A program made the position numbers and the translations under genes. Shown piece after piece: positions 30,060-40,177 of a stretch of DNA of 64,000 nt. The notes under the pieces were generated by a model, which worked only from the letters and a program-made list of their open reading frames with translations, searched no databases and was not told the origin of the DNA. Source of the DNA: Vulcanimicrobiota bacterium (GTDB lineage Bacteria > Vulcanimicrobiota > Vulcanimicrobiia > Vulcanimicrobiales > Vulcanimicrobiaceae); contig CAWGBN010000002.1 of NCBI GenBank assembly GCA_963820825.1, positions 1-64,000 on the forward strand, read 5' to 3'. Position 1 is the stretch's first letter; the number at the start of each line of letters is the position of its first letter.

Positions 30060-30689
30060 CTAAAAAACCGCGGTGGTAATGCGCAACGTCTGAAGACGTT
30101 TTTCGCCGGGATTCGGCACGACTTGCGCGGTCCAGATCGTTCCGGCCGCCCGATCCGGGAAACCGGCAATCCATCCGGAGCGAACGCAGGCGTAGTTCAA
30201 TCGCCGCCCGGCAACGACGTCGGTTGCGCCGGTGATGACGGCGCATTTGTCGCCGTTGTCGAGCCGAACCGCCCACGGTTGGCCTTTATGTTGCAGCCAG
30301 TGCGTCATCGCCCCGTTCCTCTCACTCAACGCCTTGCTCAGGCGAATGAAGACGAGGCTTCGCGAAAACGGCGTCTCTGCGCAGACGACCTCGTCTCGGT
30401 GCTCGGGGTTCACAAAGCACGGATCGTAGATGTCGTTGCCGGCGGTACACCGCCAAGCATCGGGACGGGTCGTCGCGATCGCGTGGGTCCAGCAAAGGCC
30501 CCTGACCCGCACCGAAATGCCGAAGCCGCCTTGCAGTCCCGAGGCGGTCCACGGCATAAAGACGAGGACCTGTGTCGGCTTCGCGGCGATCGCCAACAGC
30601 GTCGCCGAGAGCACGAACGCAACCGCGCCAAGCACCGCACAGAACCGAACCAAGGCCTTCGATCGAACCGGCATCGACATGGGCGTCAC
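30060..30689 (-). CDS. secreted Cys-rich hypothetical protein
   Basis: signal peptide; CW...RPDAWRC..GN.IYDPCF, PWAVRL..G.KC, RLNYAC. Confidence 0.75.
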   Translation of the reverse strand: MTPMSMPVRSKALVRFCAVLGAVAFVLSATLLAIAAKPTQVLVFMPWTASGLQGGFGISVRVRGLCWTHAIATTRPDAWRCTAGNDIYDPCFVNPEHRDEVVCAETPFSRSLVFIRLSKALSERNGAMTHWLQHKGQPWAVRLDNGDKCAVITGATDVVAGRRLNYACVRSGWIAGFPDRAAGTIWTAQVVPNPGEKRLQTLRITTAVF

Positions 30690-30742
30690 GGTCGACCGCT
30701 TCTATTGCAAGAGACCGGCTCCTCGCTGCCGCAATCCTGAGT

Positions 30743-31849
30743 CTAGCGCTCGTACAACCAGCGCGCGAGCCCGGCGCGCACGACGCCGCGTTCGAGGTCG
30801 TGAACCCGTTGCATTAGGTCTTCTTCACTCTCGCCGGGCGCGACTCGAAGCGGCCGGCGGACCATGACGGGTCCGCGATCCGTCGCCCCGGTGACGCGAT
30901 GGAGCGTCGCCCCGACCCACGGACTCGATGCGCCAAGTGCGTCGCGCACCGCGTGCGGACCGCGAAAGGCCGGCGTCTGCGTGCCGTCGGGCATCACCAC
31001 CTCATCGCGGCTCGGATCGAGCGGAAGAAAGGCCGGATGCAGATTGAGTATCTCGGGGAAGGTACTGACGAACGAACTGGGGAGCAGATGCATCCATCCA
31101 AGCAGCAAGACCAGATCGGGACGTTCGGCTCGCGCCGCTTCGAGCAGCCGCGCGTCGTATGCCGCACGCTCTTCTTCCGCTCGATTCCAGGCAACGACCC
31201 GCACCGACGACATGCCGGCGTTACGCGCGCGCTCCACGGCGAAGGCGCGTGCTCTGTTGCTGACGAGGGCAACGACGTCGATCGGCAGTTCACCGGTGCG
31301 CGACGCGTCGAGCACCGCTTGAAAGTTGCTCCCGTTTCCGGAGGCCATGATCAGCACGCGCCGGCCGGGGCGGTAGAGCGCCGCTCGCTCGAGGCGTTCG
31401 GCGACACGCGCGCCGACGAAATCCATGTAATAGCGCACGAGCGCTTCATCAGTCACCGCCGGGATCACCGCGCGCACATATCCCCGGTCACGCAACGCAT
31501 TGAGTGCGCCGCGCAGCAAAACCGCGCCGATTCCGCGGCCACGCTCCGCGGGCGCGACGCCGAAGGGCCCGAAGATGCCCTTTCCCGGCTCGCGTGACGA
31601 TGCATCGAGCCAGGCAAAGCGCAGCCCTTTTGGATCGAGCGCCGCAAATCCAATGGGTTCATCGCCGCGCCGCGCAACGATGGTGAGTCCCGCCGCCGCC
31701 TCCGAGCTCCAGCAGCCGCCGAAGACGGCATCAATCCACGCCAGCACGCGTTCTTCGGCCACTGCGGCCGGCGCGATCTCAATGCCGTGCAGCGAATCGG
31801 TTGGAAACGGGCGATCGAGCTCGACGACGAGGTTGAGGAGCTCGGACAC
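30743..31849 (-). CDS. purN: GNAT acetyltransferase fused to phosphoribosylglycinamide formyltransferase
   Basis: N-half GPFGV...RGRGIG (GNAT motif A); C-half ASGNGSNFQA, GWMHLL, NLHP, GATLHRV, DRGP. Confidence 0.88.
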   Translation of the reverse strand: MSELLNLVVELDRPFPTDSLHGIEIAPAAVAEERVLAWIDAVFGGCWSSEAAAGLTIVARRGDEPIGFAALDPKGLRFAWLDASSREPGKGIFGPFGVAPAERGRGIGAVLLRGALNALRDRGYVRAVIPAVTDEALVRYYMDFVGARVAERLERAALYRPGRRVLIMASGNGSNFQAVLDASRTGELPIDVVALVSNRARAFAVERARNAGMSSVRVVAWNRAEEERAAYDARLLEAARAERPDLVLLLGWMHLLPSSFVSTFPEILNLHPAFLPLDPSRDEVVMPDGTQTPAFRGPHAVRDALGASSPWVGATLHRVTGATDRGPVMVRRPLRVAPGESEEDLMQRVHDLERGVVRAGLARWLYER

Positions 31850-31854
31850 GCCGG

Positions 31855-32262
31855 CTAATCGTAGAGCGGGCGAAGCACCGCCGCACACTCTTCCAAGAAG
31901 CGAATCTCTTCGTCGGAGAACGCGTCGGTGCGATCGCTCTCAACGGCGAGCGTGCCGATAACGATGCCGCTCTCCGCGCCGAGCACCGGCACGACGACCT
32001 CCGAACGGCCGGCGTTGGTGCTGACGACAGTCGCGCGCGCGCGAACAGCCTCCCCGCTCAAACCCTCGTTCACCGGCTGCGGACGATCGGGGGCCGAGCC
32101 GGCGTGCGCGACGAGCGAGATCTCCTCGTCGCCGACGTCGTAAATACCAACCCAACGGTACGTACGCGCGCTGCGGATGATCTCGGCGCTCGCGCGAGCG
32201 CGCTGCTCGCGCGGCGATTCGGTGTCGGCCGCACGCGCGAGGCTGCGCACGGTTTCGTTCAT
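31855..32262 (-). CDS. GAF domain protein (MsrC-like fold)
   Basis: YRWVGIY, GLSGEA, SEVVVP, GTLAVES, AFSDEE. Confidence 0.8.
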   Translation of the reverse strand: MNETVRSLARAADTESPREQRARASAEIIRSARTYRWVGIYDVGDEEISLVAHAGSAPDRPQPVNEGLSGEAVRARATVVSTNAGRSEVVVPVLGAESGIVIGTLAVESDRTDAFSDEEIRFLEECAAVLRPLYD

Positions 32263-33326
32263 CGGTCGTCGCGCGCCGGATGAACGATCACTTGCGGCTC
32301 GTCGCCGGCTCTCGACTCGACCCAGCCGATCACCTTCGCTCCCGCAACGGCGGCGATGGCGGCCGGCGCGTCGGTAACCGGGACGATAAGCGTATAGCCG
32401 ACGCCCATATTGAGAACGCGATACCGCTCCTCGATTCCGAGACTCCCACGGCGAACGAGCTCTTGCATAATCGGCGGGACGCTCCAACGCTGCTGCTCGA
32501 AGACCGCCTTGCATTCGCGGGGCAGCGTCCGCGGCACGTTCTCGAGCAGACCGCCGCCGGTAATATGCGCCATCGTCTTGACCGTTGCGACGCTCTCGAT
32601 CGCACGCACCTCGCGGTAGTACGACGGATGTGCGGCGAGCAGCGCATCGGCGAAGGTCGTACCGGCAAAAGGTTCCTGCCACTCGCTCTGGGGTACGAGC
32701 GCGCGTGCGAGCGAGTAGCCGTTCGTGTGCAGGCCGATCGACGGCAGCCCAAGGATCGCATCGCCCGGCACCACGCGCTGCACGTCGGGAATCGCATCGA
32801 CCGAAACGATGCCGACGATCGTTCCGGCCAAATCGAAGTGATCACGCGCGTAGAGACCGGGCATCTCGGCGGTCTCGCCGCCGAGCAGCGCACACTCGTG
32901 CGCCCGGCATGCTTCGGCGCAGCCGGCGACGATATCGGCGGCCACGGCCGGGTCGAGCTTACCGACGGCGAGGTAATCTAAAAAGAAGAGCGGCGTCGCG
33001 GTACAGACCAAGATGTCGTTCACGCAGTGGTTGACGAGATCGCGCCCGACGCCGCCGTAGCGTTTGAGCTCGGCCGCAATCAGGATCTTCGTACCGACGC
33101 CGTCGGTCGACGCGACCAACGCGCGGCTGCCGTCGCCCGGAAGACGAAAGAGACCTGCGAATCCGCCGATCGCATCGATCTGGTCGGGATGACGCCACTG
33201 CGCGAGGAGGGTGCGATACCGCGCAACGGCATCGTTTCCGGCCGCTACGTCGACCCCGGCGTCGGCATAGCGGTCGGAAACCGCGGCTTTTTGGCCCGAA
33301 CGAGGATTCTCCCAGCTTTCCGCCAT
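32259..33326 (-). CDS. purM: AIR synthetase
   Basis: YADAGVD, STDGVGTK, PLFFLDY, GGETAEMPG, GLHTNGYSL, HITGGG. Confidence 0.96.
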   Translation of the reverse strand: MAESWENPRSGQKAAVSDRYADAGVDVAAGNDAVARYRTLLAQWRHPDQIDAIGGFAGLFRLPGDGSRALVASTDGVGTKILIAAELKRYGGVGRDLVNHCVNDILVCTATPLFFLDYLAVGKLDPAVAADIVAGCAEACRAHECALLGGETAEMPGLYARDHFDLAGTIVGIVSVDAIPDVQRVVPGDAILGLPSIGLHTNGYSLARALVPQSEWQEPFAGTTFADALLAAHPSYYREVRAIESVATVKTMAHITGGGLLENVPRTLPRECKAVFEQQRWSVPPIMQELVRRGSLGIEERYRVLNMGVGYTLIVPVTDAPAAIAAVAGAKVIGWVESRAGDEPQVIVHPARDDR

Positions 33327-33361
33327 AGGCTGGCAGTACTTCACCGTCCGAAAGGTCCACC

Positions 33362-34923
33362 ATGCAAGTCTATCTCACCGCTGACGCCGCGAGCGACGTC
33401 GGCGCCGGCGCCCTCGTCGTTCCATTCTTCTCCGAAAGCCCGCTCGAGGGCACCACCAAAGACATCGATGCGACAAATGGCGGCTTCATCGCCGAGGCGC
33501 TGGCCTCGGGTGAAATTCGCGGAAAGCTCGGCGAACACGTCCTCGGCTACGCGAAGGACCGCCCTTATCGCCGCGTTCTGGCGATCTCGCTCGGCGATCG
33601 CGTGAGCTTCGAACCGTATATGCTCGCCCGTTATGCCGGAAGCGCCGTTCGCTATCTCGGGCGGCGCAACGTCGAGAAAATTGCAATCGCGCTGCCGCAA
33701 CAGGCGCTCGGACGCGAAGCGATCTGTGCCTCATTCGTAGCCGAAGGCGCGATCACGGGAAGCTTCGACACGACGCTCTACCAAGGCAAGCCGGACCGCC
33801 GTTTGGCAACCAATGAAGTCGCCATCCTCAGCGCGGGATTCGATACCGGCGAGATCGATCGCGGCATCGCGCGCGGAACGGCGCTTGGTGAAGCGGTCAA
33901 CCTGGCCCGCCGCCTCGCGGTCACGCCGGCGAACGACATGACGCCGACGCATATGGCCGAAGAGGCGTCGAAGATGGCGAAGGCCACCAGCCTCGAGATC
34001 GACGTCCTCGACGAAGAACGCGCGCGCAGCGAAGGCATGGGATCCTTTCTCTCGGTCGCCGCCGGCAGCATTCAGCCGCCGAAGTTCATCGTGCTGCGCT
34101 ACGCCGGCGATCCGTCGAGCAAAGAGCTGCTCGCCCTCGTCGGCAAGGGCATCACGTTCGATACCGGCGGCATCTCGATCAAGCCGGCGGAGCGAATGGA
34201 GGAGATGAAGTACGACATGTCCGGCGGCGCGGGCGTCATCGCGGCAATGAGTGCGATCGGCCGGCTGAAGCCGAAGCTCAACGTCGTCGGCATCGTTCCC
34301 GCGACCGAGAACATGCCCGGCGGAAAAGCGACGAAGCCCGGCGACATCGTGACGGCGATGAACGGCAAGACGATCGAAGTGATCAACACCGATGCCGAGG
34401 GCCGGCTCATTCTCGCCGACGCGCTCTGTTATGCCAACAAGCTCGGCGCGACGAAGATCGTCGACGTCGCGACGCTCACCGGCGCCTGCGTCATCGCGCT
34501 CGGACACGCCGCGTCGGCGGCGATCACGAATAACGATGCGTTCGGCGACGCAATTCCTTGCCGCGGCGAAGCCGACCGGCGAACGCTACTGGCAGATGCC
34601 GTATTACGACGATTACACCACGCAGATGAAGAGCGACATCGCCGACCTCAAGAATACCGGCGGACGCGCCGCCGGAACGCTTACGGCCGCCGCATTCCTG
34701 CGCGAGTTCGTCGGAGACGACGCCGTGGGTTCACCTCGACATCGCCGGCACCGCCTATCTCGACAGCGAGTCCCCTTGGCAGGCAAAAGGCCCCACCGGA
34801 ACCCCGGTGCGCGCGTTCGTCGCCTTGGTGGAGTCTCTCGCCAACGCCGACCGCGGGCAGGAAGCGGCCGATTCGAAGGACGGGCACGGGAACGGCGCCC
34901 GAACGGAAGAGCTGCGCGTGTGA
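33362..34923 (+). CDS. pepA: leucyl aminopeptidase M17 (frameshifts near 34560 and 34725)
   Basis: VGKGITFDTGG, MKYDMSG, NTDAEGRL, ATLTGA; later motifs ADLKN and HLDIAGT in other frames. Confidence 0.9.
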
Positions 34924-35747
34924 CCCTTCGGCAGTCTCACGTCGAGAGCGCACGTCCGTACGAACCCGAGAAGAATCCCGCGATCCGCCGCGTCACTGCG
35001 GGTGCGATCAAACGGCGCAAGGGCAAGACGATTTTTCCGATCGCCACCGCCTACGATGCGCCGTTCGGGCAGTTCGTCGAGGCCGCCGGCATCGACGTCA
35101 TCTTGGTCGGCGATAGCGTCGGAAACGTCGTGCTCGGATTCGACGAGACGACGCCGGTAACGCTAGACAACATGATCCACCACACGCAGGCGGTCGTGCG
35201 CGGGACGACGCGCGCGCACATCATGGCCGACATGCCCTTCGGTTCATACCAGATCAGCAACGAAGAGGCTCTGCGCGCCGCGATCCGATTCGTTAAAGAG
35301 GGCGGAGCCTGTTCGGTGAAGCTCGAGGGCGGCCGCGAACAGGCCGAGCGCATTCGCGCGATTACCGGCGCCGGAATCCCGGTCGTCGGCCACATCGGCG
35401 TCACCCCGCAGACGGCGGGCCTCGGTCCGGGCTTCAAGATGCGAACCCACCGCGACCGTTTGACCGACGACGCGCGATCGGTCGAAGCGGCCGGCGCCTA
35501 CGCGATCGTCCTCGAGGTCGTCGATTTCGAGATCTCGCGCGAGATTACCGAACTGCTCTCGATTCCGACGATCGGCATCGGCGCGGGACCGCACTGCGAT
35601 GCGCAAGTTCTCGTTCTGCACGACATTCTCGGCATGTACCCGCACTCGCCGAGCTTTGCCAAACGCTATGCCGAGGTCGGGAGCCTCGCCACCCAAGCCC
35701 TCGAAGCCTACGCGCGCGACGTGCGCGACAGAAAGTTTCCGGGCTAA
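34920..35747 (+). CDS. panB: 3-methyl-2-oxobutanoate hydroxymethyltransferase
   Basis: TAYD, ILVGDS, ADMPFGSY, VKLEGG, GHIG.TPQ, IGIGAG. Confidence 0.95.
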   Translation: MTLRQSHVESARPYEPEKNPAIRRVTAGAIKRRKGKTIFPIATAYDAPFGQFVEAAGIDVILVGDSVGNVVLGFDETTPVTLDNMIHHTQAVVRGTTRAHIMADMPFGSYQISNEEALRAAIRFVKEGGACSVKLEGGREQAERIRAITGAGIPVVGHIGVTPQTAGLGPGFKMRTHRDRLTDDARSVEAAGAYAIVLEVVDFEISREITELLSIPTIGIGAGPHCDAQVLVLHDILGMYPHSPSFAKRYAEVGSLATQALEAYARDVRDRKFPG

Positions 35748-35770
35748 ACCCGCTTGCACAAAGGAGCTTC

Positions 35771-36100
35771 ATGACCGAGTATCACGAGCACGCCGATCTC
35801 TCGCTTCTGCCCGAGCTGCGTAAACTCGACCAGGCCGGGTTCGACGGTTTCGTCGCGCTCGACAAAACCGTCGGGCGCACCGATGGAACGATCCCGCAGA
35901 AGTATCGCGAACTCATCGCGCTCGGCGTCGCTTTGACGACCCAGTGCCCCTACTGCCTTGACGTTCACACCGCCAACGCCAAGAAGGCCGGAGCGACGCG
36001 TGAAGAGCTCGCCGAGACGGTGCATATCGCGGCGGCGCTGCGCGCCGGTGCCGCGCTCACGCACGGCTTGCTCGCGCTCAAGCTATACGATAAGAGCTGA
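35771..36100 (+). CDS. carboxymuconolactone decarboxylase/AhpD family protein
   Basis: KYRELIALGVALTTQCPYCLDVH. Confidence 0.9.
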   Translation: MTEYHEHADLSLLPELRKLDQAGFDGFVALDKTVGRTDGTIPQKYRELIALGVALTTQCPYCLDVHTANAKKAGATREELAETVHIAAALRAGAALTHGLLALKLYDKS

Positions 36101-36198
36101 GCCGGCCGTCGCGGGTCGCGCTCCGTGCCTACCAGTTGGCACTCCGGAACGCTACCATCGCGGCATGTTCGAAACCGCCGACTCTTCCGATCCGCTCC

Positions 36199-36729
36199 TT
36201 ATCGCGATGCGCGCTTTCGAGCGCGTCCTTCTTGCGTGCGACGCCACGCCTCGAGCGCATCGAGGCGCCGCCGCACGGCGTGAAGCTCGTCGATCAGTGC
36301 AAGGCCACCCGTCGCCAAGTGCCCCGCTTCCGGCGTCAAACGTGATTCCGCTTCCTCTTCGCCGGCGTTAGGCGTCGCCTCGCGAACGCGGGCGCCGGCC
36401 CGCTCGAGCGCCGTCGTCACGAAGGCTTGGGCGCGCGAGCGCGCGGCTTCGCTGAGTTTGCGGCCGAGGAGGCGAACCTCGACGATCATCGCGGCCTTGT
36501 TCGCTTCGACGAGCAGCCGCGGTTCTTCGCGTTCGATCCCGTAGAGCGCCTCGGCGCTCGTCCCGAGCGCTCGAGCGATGCGAACGACGACGCTGATCGT
36601 GGGATTGAGACGCTGGTCGGCTTCGATTTTATAGAGCGTCGGGTGATTTACTTCGGCACGCCGAGCCAGCTCGTTCTGCGACCAGCCCAAGGCACGCCGC
36701 CGCGCGGCAATTCTCTTTCCCAGCGTCAC
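36199..36729 (-). CDS. XRE-family HTH transcriptional regulator
   Basis: LGKRI...GWSQNELARRAEV...LYKIE...NP...IARALG. Confidence 0.85.
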   Translation of the reverse strand: MTLGKRIAARRRALGWSQNELARRAEVNHPTLYKIEADQRLNPTISVVVRIARALGTSAEALYGIEREEPRLLVEANKAAMIVEVRLLGRKLSEAARSRAQAFVTTALERAGARVREATPNAGEEEAESRLTPEAGHLATGGLALIDELHAVRRRLDALEAWRRTQEGRARKRASR

Positions 36730-36789
36730 GCATCTGGACTGTAGCAGCCGGGCGCGAAGGCCCTTGAACCAATCGGTCTTGGCGGACGG

Positions 36790-38154
36790 TTAGGCCTTTT
36801 GGAGCTGGTGCGCCGCCGGTAGATTCGGATATTCGCCGATCAGACAGCCGAGGCACATCTCTTCGCGCTTGCGGCCGACTGCGGCGATCAATCCGCCGAG
36901 GCTCAGATAGCCCAGCGAATCGGCACCGGTCTTCTGCCGAATCTCTTCGACCGAATGATTTGCCGCGATGAGCTCGCCGTAGGTCGCCATGTCGACGCCG
37001 AGATAGCACGGGTGCTTGATCGGCGGCGAGGTGATCCGCAGGTGAACCTCGTTCGCCCCCGCTTCGCGAAGCAACGCGACGATGCGAGGCGTCGTCGTTC
37101 CGCGGACGATCGAGTCGTCGACCACGATCACGCGTTGGCCTTCGAGGTTTTCGACGACCGGATTGAACTTCAAATGCACCCCGCGCGAACGCATGCGCTG
37201 GTCGGGGCTGATGAACGTGCGGCCGATGTAGCGATTCTTGATCAAGCCTTCGATATACGGTAATCCGCTCTCCGCGGCGTAGCCGATGCCGCCGGCAACG
37301 GCCGAGTCGGGAACCGCCATGACCACGTCGGCTTCGACCGGGTGCTCGCGGGCGAGCTCTCGTCCCATCGCGTAGCGCGCCATGTAGATGGAGCGCTCGC
37401 TGAACTTCGAATCGGGGCGCGCAAAGTAAATGTACTCGAACATGCAGAGCGCCGGCTTCGCGAACTCGACCTCCGTCTGGTGCGACTCCAGGCCGTCCGG
37501 CCCGATCCGGATGATCTCGCCGCGCTCGATCTCGCGCAGATATTGAGCGCCGACCGTTCCCAGCGCGCACGACTCCGAGGCGACGACGTATCCGTTGTCG
37601 CCGAGTCGGCCGAGGCAGAGCGGGCGAACGCCCCACGGATCGCGGAACGCGTAGAGTTCGCTCTGGGTGCAGAGGACGATTGAGTAGGCGCCGCGCGCCG
37701 ATGCGAGCACCGCCTTGATGCGGTCGAGCATCGTGCCCTTCGACTCGACGATCAGCTTCGCCATCACCTCGGAATCGGAGGTCGCCTGCAAAACCGTCGT
37801 CGGCGCGAGCCGATCGCGCAGCTCGTCGGTGTTGGTGAGGTTACCGTTATGCGCGAAGGCGAAGTCGCCGAGCTCGCTGCGTTCCAGCAGCGGCTGGGCG
37901 TTGACGACGATCGACGAGCCGGTCGTCGAATAGCGCGTGTGGCCGATCGCGATGTGGCCGCTCAGATCGCTGAGGATATCCTCGTCGAAGATGGCGCCCA
38001 AAAGCCCCATCTCCTTGTGCGAACGGATCGTCCCGCCGTCGGCGGCGGCGATGCCGGCCGATTCTTGCCCGCGATGCTGGAGCGCGTAGAGTGAAAAGAA
38101 CGCAAGGCGAGCCGCGTCGCGTCCGGGTGCGAAGACGCCCGTTATCCCGCACAT
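36790..38154 (-). CDS. purF: amidophosphoribosyltransferase
   Basis: MCGI start, LQHRGQE, GHTRYST, CMFEYIYFARPDS, VDDSIVRGTT. Confidence 0.97.
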   Translation of the reverse strand: MCGITGVFAPGRDAARLAFFSLYALQHRGQESAGIAAADGGTIRSHKEMGLLGAIFDEDILSDLSGHIAIGHTRYSTTGSSIVVNAQPLLERSELGDFAFAHNGNLTNTDELRDRLAPTTVLQATSDSEVMAKLIVESKGTMLDRIKAVLASARGAYSIVLCTQSELYAFRDPWGVRPLCLGRLGDNGYVVASESCALGTVGAQYLREIERGEIIRIGPDGLESHQTEVEFAKPALCMFEYIYFARPDSKFSERSIYMARYAMGRELAREHPVEADVVMAVPDSAVAGGIGYAAESGLPYIEGLIKNRYIGRTFISPDQRMRSRGVHLKFNPVVENLEGQRVIVVDDSIVRGTTTPRIVALLREAGANEVHLRITSPPIKHPCYLGVDMATYGELIAANHSVEEIRQKTGADSLGYLSLGGLIAAVGRKREEMCLGCLIGEYPNLPAAHQLQKA

Positions 38155-38162
38155 CCTAGCTC

Positions 38163-38171
38163 ATTATACCA
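38163..38171 (-). promoter_or_regulatory. extended -10 promoter (TGGTATAAT) just upstream of the purF ATG, likely leaderless
   Basis: perfect TGnTATAAT 8 nt before the start codon. Confidence 0.55.
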
Positions 38172-38196
38172 GACTTACCGCTCGCGCAGGGCGCGA

Positions 38197-38868
38197 TTAG
38201 TCTGATGACCGCCTTCCGCCGAAAATTTGCAACAAGGCAAGGAAGATATTGATCGCATCGAGGTAGATGCTCATCGCCATCAAGACGGGGGTCAAGCCGT
38301 CGCCGCCGGCACGCAGCCGGGCGAAGTCGACCAGCACCAGCCCCGAAAAGATGACTAGCGTAATCCACGCATAGACCTCGGGATGAATGAACCGTACGAA
38401 GATCGAGATAATGCCGACGACGATCAAACCCAGCAGCGCGATTAACAAGATGCCCTGGAAGCGCCGCAGATCGAGGCCGGTGGCGTAAACAACCGCGGCG
38501 AGAGCGAACATACCCAGCCCCGTGGTGAGCGCCGCGTTGACCACGACGTCCGGCCCGAAGGCGCGAACGTACTGTCCGATCACCGGCGCGATGCCGACGC
38601 CTTCGCAAAAGGTGAACGCGTAGAAGAGCACCAGCGAGATCGCCTCGTTGCGCCGCGTCGCGTTGATGCAGAGCAAGAGGATGAAACCGGCGATCATGGC
38701 GATGAGCCCGACGCCGTACGGCAACCCTTGGAAGAACCAAGCCGCCACCGCGGTGACGCAGAGCCCGAGGGCGGTAATGCCGAGTACCTGCGCAAGCAGC
38801 GAATTCGTCGGTACGGCCGGCGCGAGCGGACCGCCGTATTGATTCTGCGGCTGGAAGCGATAAGCCAT
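38197..38868 (-). CDS. Bax inhibitor-1/YccA family membrane protein
   Basis: seven hydrophobic segments, IYLDAINIFLALL. Confidence 0.92.
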   Translation of the reverse strand: MAYRFQPQNQYGGPLAPAVPTNSLLAQVLGITALGLCVTAVAAWFFQGLPYGVGLIAMIAGFILLLCINATRRNEAISLVLFYAFTFCEGVGIAPVIGQYVRAFGPDVVVNAALTTGLGMFALAAVVYATGLDLRRFQGILLIALLGLIVVGIISIFVRFIHPEVYAWITLVIFSGLVLVDFARLRAGGDGLTPVLMAMSIYLDAINIFLALLQIFGGRRSSD

Positions 38869-38902
38869 GACGTTCTCTACTAACCTCCTTACGGGCGAGA
38901 GG

Positions 38903-40174
38903 TTACACCGGGCAGGCGGCGATATCCGTTCGGTAGGTCAGGGCGTCGGTTCCGAGGCGTCCCGCGAGCTGCTTCACTCCGGCGTAGGCTTTCGAGCGCG
39001 CCTCCGCGAGCGCGTCGCCGAGGGCGGTTACGGTGAGCACCCGGCCCCCGCCGGTGCTGACGCTTCCGTCGACGCGGCGCGACGCGCCCCAAAATGCGCG
39101 GCAGCCCTCACCGAGCGAGAGGTCGGGAGTCAATCCCTCGAGCGGCGTGTTGCTGCGCGGATAATCGGCCGTCGCTAAGACGACGCCGACGCAATGCTGT
39201 GCCGACGTGGACGCGAGCGAGAGATCCATCGCGCCGCGCGCGACCGAATCGAGCAGCAGCGCGAAGTCGCCGCCGATCCGCGGCAGCAGTACCTGCGTTT
39301 CGGGGTCGCCGAAGCGCGCGTTGAACTCGATGACGTGCGGACCCGCCTCGTTCCACATCAAGCCGCAGTAGACGACGCCGACGTAGTTCTCGCCTTCGGC
39401 GAGCAAGGCGCGCAGCAACGGCCCGAGGATGCGCTCGCGCACCCGATCCTCGAGATCGTCGGGAAATCGTGCCGGCGGCGAGTACGCGCCCATGCCGCCG
39501 GTATTGGGTCCGGTGTCGCCGTCGCCGGCGCGCTTATAATCGCAGGCTCCGCCGATGGGAACGATCGCCCGGCCGTCGCAGAGTGCGAAGATGCTCACCT
39601 CGCGACCCTCCAAACGCTCTTCGAGCACGACGTCGGAGCCGCCGCCCGGCAGGTGCGCGCCGTCGTACCATTCGTGCAGCACGGCGCGCGCCGATTCAAC
39701 GTCGGGCGCCACGACCACGCCCTTTCCGGCGGCAAGCCCGTCGGCTTTCACGACGACCGCGCCCTTCCAAACGTCGAGCGCTTTCTGTGCGGCGTCGAGC
39801 GAATGCGCGACCACGGCGCGAGCGGTCGGAATGCCGTGGCGTTCCATGAAACGCTTTGCAAAGATCTTGCTCGATTCGAGCCGTCCGCCCGAACGATTGG
39901 GGCCGAACACCGCGATTCCGGCGTCGCGCAGACGATCGCCGACGCCGGCCGCTATTGCGGTCTCCGGGCCGAGCACGACGAGATCGATGCGCTCGTCGAG
40001 GCAACGCTGCGTCAGGCTCTTGCCGTCGGTCGCGGCGATATCCCAGTTCTCGCCGCGCGACGCGGTGCCGGCATTGCCGGGCGCGGCGAAGACGGCCTCG
40101 CACGACGGCGACTCGGCGATTCGCCACGAGAGCGCATCCTCGCGCGCGCCGTTACCGACGACGAGGACGCGCAT
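38903..40174 (-). CDS. purD: phosphoribosylamine-glycine ligase
   Basis: VGNGAREDAL, APGNAG, KADGLAAGKGV, GPNTGGMG, EFNARFGDPE. Confidence 0.97.
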   Translation of the reverse strand: MRVLVVGNGAREDALSWRIAESPSCEAVFAAPGNAGTASRGENWDIAATDGKSLTQRCLDERIDLVVLGPETAIAAGVGDRLRDAGIAVFGPNRSGGRLESSKIFAKRFMERHGIPTARAVVAHSLDAAQKALDVWKGAVVVKADGLAAGKGVVVAPDVESARAVLHEWYDGAHLPGGGSDVVLEERLEGREVSIFALCDGRAIVPIGGACDYKRAGDGDTGPNTGGMGAYSPPARFPDDLEDRVRERILGPLLRALLAEGENYVGVVYCGLMWNEAGPHVIEFNARFGDPETQVLLPRIGGDFALLLDSVARGAMDLSLASTSAQHCVGVVLATADYPRSNTPLEGLTPDLSLGEGCRAFWGASRRVDGSVSTGGGRVLTVTALGDALAEARSKAYAGVKQLAGRLGTDALTYRTDIAACPV

Positions 40175-40177
40175 CGG

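Noticed and set aside
17370..30740. Intact prophage or ICE at the tRNA genes
   Set aside because: No integrase, phage structural or conjugation genes, and no duplicated tRNA 3' end found by eye.
34550..34740. Two frameshifts in pepA and an apparent pepA-panB fusion ORF (34392-35747)
   Set aside because: M17 motifs continue across frames and panB has its own GTG at 34920; most likely sequence error.
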